From a virus (lineage: Duplodnaviria > Caudoviricetes), in IMG/VR virus record IMGVR_UViG_3300004240_000026, positions 1 through 36,121 of that record: DNA of 36,121 nt; one strand, given 5' to 3'. Position numbers and translations under genes: made by a program. The notes beneath the pieces were generated by a model that saw only the letters and a program-made list of their open reading frames with translations, was not told the origin of the DNA and ran no database searches. This document shows, one piece after another, positions 17,801-24,308 of this stretch (the stretch's first letter is position 1; every line of letters starts with the position of its first letter).

Positions 17801-20800
17801 AGTTTCTGTTCGCGAAGGAGCCGGAGGTGGCAAAGCGGTGGGCCAAGGAAACGCCCAAGGGGGCAAAACTGCCGGAAAAGCTGAAGTCAAACCAGAGCCC
17901 AAGCAAGAAGCCAAGCCCGAAGAAATAAAGACACCTACTGAACAGTGGGCAGTCGTTTCAACACTAGCACCGGAGTTGCCCCCATATGACGTTCTTACAA
18001 ATTCTGAAAAGACTCGGTGGGATGATCTCGTCCGCCGTGGACAAGCTAACCTTGCTGCTGCTGTCAAAATTGTCGGTGAGAGTACTCAACCTGCTGGCAC
18101 AGCATTGGCCAACCAAGGACCTCAGGCAACGGGCGTTGATGGAACTACTCAGGCGGTAACCAACGAAGCCAACGTTATTGACGTTGAAGCTCGTGTCATT
18201 GATGAGACAGTTGGACCGCAGGTTGCTGCATTGCCAGCACCACAAGTTGATCGTTTAGAGAAGCACTATGGTGTCAAGCGTGACAGTGCTGAGTTCCTTG
18301 CCAAGATTAAAGAAGACGTAGTCAAGTACGCAACCAAAGGTGCAGAGGCTGTCTCTGCTGCCGTGCGTGACATTATCAAAGCAATCCATACCGGCGTGTT
18401 GGCTGCCGCAATGGTCTTTAACCCCACAGCAATTTCTAAAGTTGAATCCTTTATTGTGATTCCGCAAGAGACTCAGACTACACAGCAACAAGTATTGGCT
18501 ACAGTGCCTGCTGAAGCTTCCATGATGTCTGATGCTGGTAAACAAGCCTACGAGCGTTTGATCCCTGCCCTGAAAGGCAAGCTCGGTAACAAGTTCATTA
18601 CCATTGCTGACAAGCCTAGTGGACGTATTTTTGTATTTAAATCTGATGGAAGTTTTGTTCTCCAAAAGAAATCATTATTTGGTCTGGCCAAGGGTGATTT
18701 ATACAAAGGCAATAACGACTTGCCACAGAACCGTGTTACTCCCGCTGGTTTGTTTGGCATCAAAATCATTGACGCAGCCAAGGGTGGTAATGCCGCTAAA
18801 ACCGCTGGAGAATATGATTTCGGTAAAGTGTTTGCCTTAGAAGACCCAGATGCGGTCGTTACATTCATGCACTCGGTTTGGCTCAAAGAAAAAGATGCCC
18901 CCCAACGTGCTGCTGCTTTGAAAAGCGAGTCCGCTGCTGATTCCCGCTATTCGTTTGGTTGCATTAACGTAGACAAAGAAACCTACCGTGAGTTGATTAC
19001 CAAGTACGGTGACAACATGGATGGTTCTAAACTGTTTGTTGTTCCTGACGTACAAAGCACAGTCAATGACTTCATTACTGGAAACGTTGCTGATGACAGA
19101 TTAGTACGTGAGGGTGTGCAACCAGTTACTAGAACAGTAACTACGCCAGTAAGGTCTGCTACTCAAGTGGCTGGTGCTGACCGCAGCGTTGTGGGTAAAG
19201 AAGAACAGACTCCGTCATTTAATAGTAAGAGCGCCAAGTTCATGGAGTTCTCTGACCTTGAGGATGAGGTTAAAGGTATCAGCGACGTTCGTGAACAGTT
19301 TGCTGACATGGACATAGAAGGTGCTTTGGATTTTGTATCTGATTGGCAAGTTATTAATGACCGTTCCAAAGACGCATTCCATGGGCAGCTTAAGACTGAG
19401 AACGGTAGATACATTGGTGTACTAAACCTTGCCAAAATGTCAAGCCCAGCGTATGCCGCTGAAACAGTCCGCCACGAGGTTGCTCATGCAGTTGATATGG
19501 CCCCACATGGCGGTGTGTATTCACATCAACTTGAAATGAATGTGGAGATTAAAAATGGTAAAGTAGTCCCCTTTGGTGAAGTTGCCAAAGAAATGTTTGC
19601 GTTGTATGAAAACAACAAAGCGTTTACGACCTTTCTTGATTACCCATTTAACATCGAGGTTCATACCGACTTAGATACTAATGGCAAGATTGAAAGCGAA
19701 CTGTTTGCCCAAATCTTCTCAATCTATACAAACCCAAAGTACACAGACTACATTGCATCAGTCGCACCCAAGACTGCTACTTTCTTGGAAGAGGTAATAA
19801 ATGACATTCGCACAACGACAGCGCTTCAAATCCAGAAGAGCACAACTGCAGCAACAAGAGCCATCGACTTCCGTAATCGATATACCGCCCGCCGCAATCA
19901 ACGGGAGGCTGGAGTTTATGGCGGAGATAGACAAACAGATGAAGGACCGTTCAACAGCCGAGGCCAAGGGCGAGAGTTCACAGCCGACCAAGTAATTGGT
20001 GCGCTACCCAAGCCGTTGCAGAAGTCGGCTCGTAGTCAGTGGACTAACATCAAGACTCTTGCCAAACGAGGCATGTATGCCTCTGCAATTACAGAAGACG
20101 TTATTGGTATGGCTAAGAAGTACATGCCTTCTGCCGCCAAATATCTGCAAGCTCAATACGCCCGTCAAGGCACACGCTTAGAGTTTGAAAAACGTATTGA
20201 AAACATCCTGTCTAGATTTGATAAGCTGCCCACCAACCTAAAAGGTGAAGGTAAAGGTAGCGTCAACGAATACATCCATGATTCCACTCGTGAGAAGAAG
20301 TGGGGCTACTATCCTGGTGAACAACAAGTAGGCACTAAGCTGTTTGAAGTTGACCCAGACTTTGAAGAACGCTTTAATAAAATTCAGGCGCAAAGTCCTG
20401 CAGCTGCTCAGCTTATTAAAGATGTGTTCCGTCATGGCCATGAAGCCCTAAAGCTTAAGCAAAAGGCTGCCGAGGACGCAGTAAACCGTGAGTTTGATTC
20501 GCGCATTAAAGCTGCTGGTAGCGATGCAGACTTGTTACAAAGCCTGAACAAAGAAAAGCGTCAGGTGCTCAAGCGTATGTCTAGCTTGCGTAACGTGAAT
20601 GTGTCTGACCCATATGCGTACCTTGGTCGCTATGGTGACTACGTTGTGGTTGCCAAGTCCAAAGAGTTCATTGCTTACGAAGAGGCTGCCACTGGTACAC
20701 GCTCTAGTGCAAGAGGCGACTCCATCATTGGTGACCCGCAGCAAGCCAAGAACTGGTTGCAAGAAAATGTGTCTAACCCGATTCACTACGTAGTCCAGTT

Positions 20801-22802
20801 TGCTGAGACCCAAGGTGAAGCTGATGACATTGCTGCTGAACTGCAAGCTACTGGTCAATACGATGTGCAACCCGAAGATGCCGGTATTAAAGAAGCAAGC
20901 GCTTCCTATATTGGTGACTCTGACGTTCACATGGCTGTAGCCCGTTTGCGCAACTTGGCTCAACGCCAATCTGATTCCACTGATGCTAGATTAGACAAAG
21001 CCATTTCTGACCTGTATCTGATGACAGTGGCTGAATCTAGTGCACGTCGTTCTGAACTCCAGCGTAAGAATGTTTCCGGTGCAGATAAGAACATGATGCG
21101 CAACTTGGCTACCAGTGGTCGTGCTGATGCACACTTCTTGGCTACGATGGAACGCAGTGACGAGCTGAATGATGCACTAGAAGCCATGCGCGATGAAGCT
21201 CGTAGAAACCGTAAAGACGCCATGCCTTTGTACAATGAACTGTACACCCGCTATGCCGACAGCATGGAGTATGAACAACCCGGTGTGTTGACGCAGAACC
21301 TGTTACGTATGTCAACGCTGTGGAACTTATCAACCAGTCCAGCGTACTATCTTCAGCAGGTGCTTCAGACTTCTGTGTTGTCTTTGCCTTACATGGCAGG
21401 TCGTCTTGGCTACTTCCGTTCAGCTCGTGCTATCAAGCGGGCTTACAACGACATGTCTGGGCTTATAGCGGGTCTGGGTATTAATGATCCCATTGACTTT
21501 GACAAAGCTCCAGCTGATGTACGGTTTATGCTCAAGGAACTTGTCCGCATGGGTAAGATCGACATTGGTATTGATGCAGAAGCCAGAGCACGTACAGATG
21601 AGCAAGGTGTGCTTGGCAAAGTTATGTTTAAGCTACAAGGTGTTAATACACGTATTGAAGCAATCAACCGCGCCACAGCTGCCATCGCTGCCTACCGTGG
21701 GTACACAGACCGATACAAAGGTGCTACCGGTGCTGATGGTGTTCGCTTTGCTGCCGAAGTGGTATCCAACACGCATGGTAACTACGATGGATTTAATACG
21801 CCTCGTATCCTGCAGAGCGGCGGTGCTAAGGTCTTGCTGCAATTCAAACGCTTCCAAATCATTCAGCTGTCCATGCTTGCCAAGCTGATACACACTTCGT
21901 TTAAGGGTGCTAGTGCGGAAGAAAGAACAATTGCCCGTGCATCGTTGAAGTACATTACTGCGCATATGGCTGTACTTGGTGGTGCTTTGGGTGTACCGTT
22001 TGTGTCTCAAGCCGCAAGTATCTTGTCTAGCATATTCGGTGATGAAGATGAGCCCGATGATTATGAATATAAGTTACGACGCATGATAGGTAACGATGCC
22101 GTGGCTGATCTGTTGCTTCGTGGTGTCCCTGCCGCACTTGGACTAGAGTCCATTGGTAAGCGTTTGTCCATGGAAAACGTTGCGTCTCCATTTGGTCCGT
22201 TCGTGGATTTCAACTTAACGTCTCGTGCAGATGCAGCTCAGATGATTGTGGGAATGATGGGCCCTGCAGCCGGTTTAGGACTGAAGTTCGTTGACGCGCT
22301 TGGAATGATGTCCAAGGGCAACTACTATAAGGGCTTAGAGATGGCGTTACCTAATGGTATAGGTAACGTAATGAAGTCGTACCGCTTTGCCACTGAAGGC
22401 ATTACGATGCGAAATGGGGACTTGGTGATGAAGCCTGAAGAGATCAGCATGATTGATGCTGCTTTCCAAGCTGTTGGTCTCCCCACTACGACCATTACTG
22501 ACAGACAATACACTCAGAAAGTGGTTGCCGAATTTGATAAGTTTTATGCCTCACGTGCAGGCGAAATTAAAGCGAGTTATGTTGAAGGCTCTCGAGCAAG
22601 TGACCCAGCAGCAATGGCTGAGGCTCGCGATGACTGGCAGAAGTTGCAAGAGTCGAGAGTTAGGAACGGGTACAAGCGTCAGTCAATGTCTGAGTTGTTC
22701 CGTGCACCAGCGGAAGCACGCAAGCGTGAACGTGGTGTTGTTGGTGGTGTAGAAACCACTAAATCAAATCGTAGGTTTGTTGAAGCACAAGTTAACCAGT
22801 AA
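14817..22802 (+). CDS. Giant polyvalent ejection protein (2661 aa): Gly-rich membrane segment, sigma-4-like HTH, UvrD/PcrA-type Tudor, L,D-transpeptidase-like, HEXXH zincin, PLxRFG-like C-terminal region
   Basis: Uninterrupted 8 kb ORF. Motifs at about aa 688-728 (HTH), 934-984 (Tudor), 1257-1411 (H1352...SFGC1382IN), 1553 (HEVAH) and 1932 (PYAYLGRYGDY). Confidence 0.85.
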   Translation: MATLEQLRAYFPTAESDSDVIKLASKQFGIDPVEIANEVGFKFNKPGFFSDIKRGTGQAIGAIGSTARDLGLPNVGKAVEGYGEDVAYRNPSQINTVGEAIRSPLTTIRESVGEIIPQVGTAVGAGMAGRFVGGAIGSLAGPGGTIAGQAIGGAAGTYLGNLAQSYGGIRAEQREQGIEDKGRAGTAAAGSAFLDTAFGAERIANKFLSKGSDILAREAGTSLLKNVGKQTAIGIGTESLTEGAQTGIERYGAFKPLTGDEAYNEYGLSMIKGGIGGGVVRGGLASIAGERAPEGGNDIQQAFSQPSVSGTPTTNVVPPVAPPAPPATPPTVPAVTGGTTDIAQQTQAAAAENQQVQEAQQKLVNREDVFGKVATQYDPANPTSLNIFGQNIEGPRVAPFGDRFAAVFNTLPPHVQQIAQAITQANNAFATPEKPSPLVSFNFNANNPVPSADKAVAALGKVMTKFQIDHVQSLDEATQILNKLSTTTKGNQLEQLNAIYEALTGQDTDGFTAAQTAKAEKGAKDGKLPVQTTTGLGAVSVEGGAGEANAAVDGNVQPSGVQSVGTGSLPAGSLGLQVGQSPAEGIRDGTGAVSNVVGSNAPSQVTGAANEQASQGALGGGQAPGQSQQAGQPLVDQQSVQNGPRQYDPRIGFYSTDLSHISSERRVELISDLLLRVLAPLQNRKNTVPAEKRAEILRLALLEQFRHADIAEYTGLKVDTVEKQLERMGVKLVDGEFQVIDPEFAVRIVETATAYRSPEFPDGIGQGELAGLYNTRYEGDEQSAASLAEELEAGEQEGKPGAKLQEELGGKEDKEGQTMGTVATAGGSQGAVDSEGTAALAKIEKLQAAVDKNPQDKKAVTALANAWTAYAKSQKERANKGEKTVKQESEEEADLTGEVVAEEPKEETVNEVEVAKRKKVVDEARAKAAADRKGLDVGDTVINPKLGTGKVLSFAGNGDDTRVTVEFQSGQTKELLVKSAKLEKTNAVQKPSTTEVSVREGAGGGKAVGQGNAQGGKTAGKAEVKPEPKQEAKPEEIKTPTEQWAVVSTLAPELPPYDVLTNSEKTRWDDLVRRGQANLAAAVKIVGESTQPAGTALANQGPQATGVDGTTQAVTNEANVIDVEARVIDETVGPQVAALPAPQVDRLEKHYGVKRDSAEFLAKIKEDVVKYATKGAEAVSAAVRDIIKAIHTGVLAAAMVFNPTAISKVESFIVIPQETQTTQQQVLATVPAEASMMSDAGKQAYERLIPALKGKLGNKFITIADKPSGRIFVFKSDGSFVLQKKSLFGLAKGDLYKGNNDLPQNRVTPAGLFGIKIIDAAKGGNAAKTAGEYDFGKVFALEDPDAVVTFMHSVWLKEKDAPQRAAALKSESAADSRYSFGCINVDKETYRELITKYGDNMDGSKLFVVPDVQSTVNDFITGNVADDRLVREGVQPVTRTVTTPVRSATQVAGADRSVVGKEEQTPSFNSKSAKFMEFSDLEDEVKGISDVREQFADMDIEGALDFVSDWQVINDRSKDAFHGQLKTENGRYIGVLNLAKMSSPAYAAETVRHEVAHAVDMAPHGGVYSHQLEMNVEIKNGKVVPFGEVAKEMFALYENNKAFTTFLDYPFNIEVHTDLDTNGKIESELFAQIFSIYTNPKYTDYIASVAPKTATFLEEVINDIRTTTALQIQKSTTAATRAIDFRNRYTARRNQREAGVYGGDRQTDEGPFNSRGQGREFTADQVIGALPKPLQKSARSQWTNIKTLAKRGMYASAITEDVIGMAKKYMPSAAKYLQAQYARQGTRLEFEKRIENILSRFDKLPTNLKGEGKGSVNEYIHDSTREKKWGYYPGEQQVGTKLFEVDPDFEERFNKIQAQSPAAAQLIKDVFRHGHEALKLKQKAAEDAVNREFDSRIKAAGSDADLLQSLNKEKRQVLKRMSSLRNVNVSDPYAYLGRYGDYVVVAKSKEFIAYEEAATGTRSSARGDSIIGDPQQAKNWLQENVSNPIHYVVQFAETQGEADDIAAELQATGQYDVQPEDAGIKEASASYIGDSDVHMAVARLRNLAQRQSDSTDARLDKAISDLYLMTVAESSARRSELQRKNVSGADKNMMRNLATSGRADAHFLATMERSDELNDALEAMRDEARRNRKDAMPLYNELYTRYADSMEYEQPGVLTQNLLRMSTLWNLSTSPAYYLQQVLQTSVLSLPYMAGRLGYFRSARAIKRAYNDMSGLIAGLGINDPIDFDKAPADVRFMLKELVRMGKIDIGIDAEARARTDEQGVLGKVMFKLQGVNTRIEAINRATAAIAAYRGYTDRYKGATGADGVRFAAEVVSNTHGNYDGFNTPRILQSGGAKVLLQFKRFQIIQLSMLAKLIHTSFKGASAEERTIARASLKYITAHMAVLGGALGVPFVSQAASILSSIFGDEDEPDDYEYKLRRMIGNDAVADLLLRGVPAALGLESIGKRLSMENVASPFGPFVDFNLTSRADAAQMIVGMMGPAAGLGLKFVDALGMMSKGNYYKGLEMALPNGIGNVMKSYRFATEGITMRNGDLVMKPEEISMIDAAFQAVGLPTTTITDRQYTQKVVAEFDKFYASRAGEIKASYVEGSRASDPAAMAEARDDWQKLQESRVRNGYKRQSMSELFRAPAEARKRERGVVGGVETTKSNRRFVEAQVNQ
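16390..16632 (+). CDS. Nested +1-frame small ORF A (80 aa, MENCLCKQLPGWEQ...)
   Basis: AAGGAG at 16378-16383, 6 nt before ATG; a second in-frame AGGAG-6nt-ATG at 16462; overlaps a low-complexity linker of the giant protein. Confidence 0.55.
   Translation: MENCLCKQLPGWEQYQSKAEQEKQMQQSMGMYNPAEFNPSGQEVSLQDRLASKLDSHQQKEYGMAPVQYPMLSVVTRRRK
16645..16824 (+). CDS. Nested +1-frame small ORF B (59 aa, MNKPAKALWVAGKHPVNPSKPVNPSWISNLYKMAL...)
   Basis: TAA of ORF A is followed directly by C-AGGAG-CTGCAA-ATG; not in the supplied ORF track. Confidence 0.55.
   Translation: MNKPAKALWVAGKHPVNPSKPVNPSWISNLYKMALANTTPASASTQPTSATSRVNGVSN
17773..17928 (+). CDS. Nested +1-frame small ORF C (51 aa, MPFKSQAQRKFLFAKEPEVAKRWAKETPKGAKLPEK...)
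   Basis: GGAG at 17762-17765, 7 nt before ATG. Sequence resembles small basic MPFKS..Q stand-alone phage proteins as I recall them (unverified). Confidence 0.7.
   Translation: MPFKSQAQRKFLFAKEPEVAKRWAKETPKGAKLPEKLKSNQSPSKKPSPKK
19801..19995 (+). CDS. Nested +1-frame small ORF D (64 aa, MTFAQRQRFKSRRAQL...)
   Basis: GAGGT-AATAA-ATG, with an in-frame TAA immediately before the ATG; starts where the zincin domain ends. Confidence 0.55.
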   Translation: MTFAQRQRFKSRRAQLQQQEPSTSVIDIPPAAINGRLEFMAEIDKQMKDRSTAEAKGESSQPTK

Positions 22803-22811
22803 GGAAAAGTT

Positions 22812-23066
22812 ATGGCAAAGTCACCAGCTTGGCAACGTAAGGAAGGCAAGAACCCTGAAGGCGGATTAAACGCCAAAGGACGTGCTTCGTACAACAAAGC
22901 TAATCCGGGTAAACCCGGATTAAAGGCACCACAACCTGAAGGCGGTTCACGCAAAGATTCTTTCTGTGCACGCATGGAAGGAATGAAGAAAAAGTTGACC
23001 AGTGAGAAGACGGCTAAAGACCCCGACTCACGAATCAATAAATCACTGCGCGCTTGGAAGTGTTAA
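22812..23066 (+). CDS. Small basic phage protein (DUF6321-like)
   Basis: AWQRKEGKNP.GGLN.KGRASY...R..SFCARM.GMKKKLTS.KTA.DP.SRINKSLR.W.C; AAGGA SD. Confidence 0.8.
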   Translation: MAKSPAWQRKEGKNPEGGLNAKGRASYNKANPGKPGLKAPQPEGGSRKDSFCARMEGMKKKLTSEKTAKDPDSRINKSLRAWKC

Positions 23067-23081
23067 CAAAAATACTCAGCC

Positions 23082-23110
23082 TTTCATTTGTCATAGATTT
23101 AGTCTACGAT
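23082..23110 (+). promoter_or_regulatory. Putative sigma-70 promoter (TTTCAT-17-TACGAT)
   Basis: Intergenic, 17-bp spacer, upstream of the acidic gene. Confidence 0.4.
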
Positions 23111-23152
23111 GGATTTGTAGTCGCGGTGGCTGCATAAACACAGGGGTATATT

Positions 23153-23386
23153 ATGAAATTTGAAATGGAATTTGGTTACTTTGGTAACAACAAGTTGTCT
23201 ATTGAGACTCACGACTTTGACATGATTGAAATTTTTCAGAAGTTTGTAGAGTTTCAAGAACATTACGGTTGGGCTGTTGAGTACGAAGCCACGACTGTAC
23301 TTGGCGATGAGTTTGAAGATGACACCGAAGAAGAGTTAGACGGTGCTGAGACTGAGGCTGCCGCAGAAGCTGCTGACAACAAGTGA
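23153..23386 (+). CDS. Highly acidic small protein
   Basis: AGGGGT SD; 23 Asp/Glu versus 4 Lys and 0 Arg in 77 aa. Confidence 0.75.
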   Translation: MKFEMEFGYFGNNKLSIETHDFDMIEIFQKFVEFQEHYGWAVEYEATTVLGDEFEDDTEEELDGAETEAAAEAADNK

Positions 23387-23388
23387 TA

Positions 23389-23769
23389 CTAAGGGGCTTC
23401 GGCCCCTTTTTTCTTTTTAGCTTTCTTAGCAATACGCTCGTCGTGGTGATGTATGCGGTGGCAGTTAGCGCAGAGCACAACGCATTTCTTGATTTCTTCC
23501 ATAGCCCGTTTAAACGCCCTGTTCTTAAGCAGTTTGTTTACTGACTCTTCTTTGGTGCTGCTGTCTACGTGGTGGAAGTCAAACGTAGCTGGGTGGTTCT
23601 GCCCACACTTTATGCACGATAATGTAGCTTTAAAGCTACGCCATTTATCTTTATACGCCTTGGCAGAGGCTTTACTTGCCGCGATTACAGTCTCTTTATT
23701 GTTAGCGTAGTACGTATTTGCGTACGTCTTCTGTTTTTCCGCTTTGACTTTGGGGTCTTTATACGGCAC
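23389..23769 (-). CDS. HNH endonuclease (Zn-binding)
   Basis: CIKC...FDFHH......C.VLCANCHR.HH. Probable GTG start (MPYKD) overlapping the GNAT stop, rather than the longer track start at 23829. Confidence 0.85.
   Translation of the reverse strand: MPYKDPKVKAEKQKTYANTYYANNKETVIAASKASAKAYKDKWRSFKATLSCIKCGQNHPATFDFHHVDSSTKEESVNKLLKNRAFKRAMEEIKKCVVLCANCHRIHHHDERIAKKAKKKKGAEAP
23391..23412 (+). terminator. Intrinsic terminator ending the late arm
   Basis: AAGGGGC-TTCG-GCCCCTT followed by a T-tract; cUUCGg tetraloop; overlaps the last codons of the convergent HNH gene. Confidence 0.9.
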
Positions 23770-24199
23770 GTTTGATTTTGTACTTCCAGTACAACGCTGT
23801 TTTGAAACCCCAAGGTGTAGATGGCTCAAACATTTTAAAACCTACAGATATCAAACTATTGGCAGATGCAGGGTTTTGGTGGGTATCAGAGATAACCCAA
23901 TTCATCCCTAGTTGTTTGGCCACTTTAATACGCTGTCGGATAAGCCGCTTCTGGAGTCCCTGTCCTTGATGAGCTCGTACAACGCCTGCGCGACATAGGT
24001 ACATAGCGTCAGACCAACGAGTAGAGGGGACAATACCACCAAAGCCAACGGCTTCACCATTTTGCGCGTAAACAACATACCAGTATCCTTTTGTAATTGG
24101 GTAAATTTTATCCGCAGGAAGACACACTTTCTGCAACCAAACGAGTAGCTTTACCACTTCAGGCTGGCGAATATCGACAGGGACAACGCGGTATTTCAT
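23759..24199 (-). CDS. GNAT acetyltransferase
   Basis: Motif A AGVVRAHQGQGLQKRLI and motif B N.ASANSLISVGF; ATG at 24199 (MKYRVV). Confidence 0.85.
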   Translation of the reverse strand: MKYRVVPVDIRQPEVVKLLVWLQKVCLPADKIYPITKGYWYVVYAQNGEAVGFGGIVPSTRWSDAMYLCRAGVVRAHQGQGLQKRLIRQRIKVAKQLGMNWVISDTHQNPASANSLISVGFKMFEPSTPWGFKTALYWKYKIKRAV

Positions 24200-24205
24200 A
24201 CACCC

Positions 24206-24228
24206 ATAATGACACAAGTTTGTGACAA
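24206..24228 (-). promoter_or_regulatory. Extended -10 (TGt-CATTAT) overlapped by an imperfect inverted repeat; possible leaderless GNAT promoter
   Basis: -10 ends 6 nt before ATG with no SD; TGACACAA-gt-TTGTGACA at 24210-24227. Confidence 0.4.
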
Positions 24229-24230
24229 GC

Positions 24231-24262
24231 AAAAAAACCCCCCGGTTTTTAGGCCGAGGGGT
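24231..24262 (-). terminator. Intrinsic terminator after the primase-helicase gene
   Basis: Minus strand ACCCCTCGG-cctaaaaa-CCGGGGGGT then TTTTTT. Confidence 0.85.
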
Positions 24263-24308
24263 AAATCCAACTTAGGAGAGCAAAAACACTAACAAAATGG
24301 CAACCTCG

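Noticed and set aside
18806-18840. GGAG-AAT-ATG inside the L,D-transpeptidase-like domain
   Set aside because: Spacing is only 3 nt and the ORF is 8 codons.
14827-22752. Other +1-frame ORFs in the giant gene (14827, 15991, 18604, 19996, 20599, 21484, 22453)
   Set aside because: No well-spaced SD at their starts, mostly Leu-rich shadow composition expected from main-frame codon bias, and most overlap conserved-looking regions.
22620-22752. GAGG-6nt-ATG in the +1 frame near the giant gene end (40 aa)
   Set aside because: Weak SD, shadow-like sequence, and it overlaps the conserved-looking C-terminal helices.
23770-23829. Longer HNH N-terminus given in the ORF track
   Set aside because: Overlaps the GNAT C-terminus; the GTG at 23769 gives a compact coupled start.
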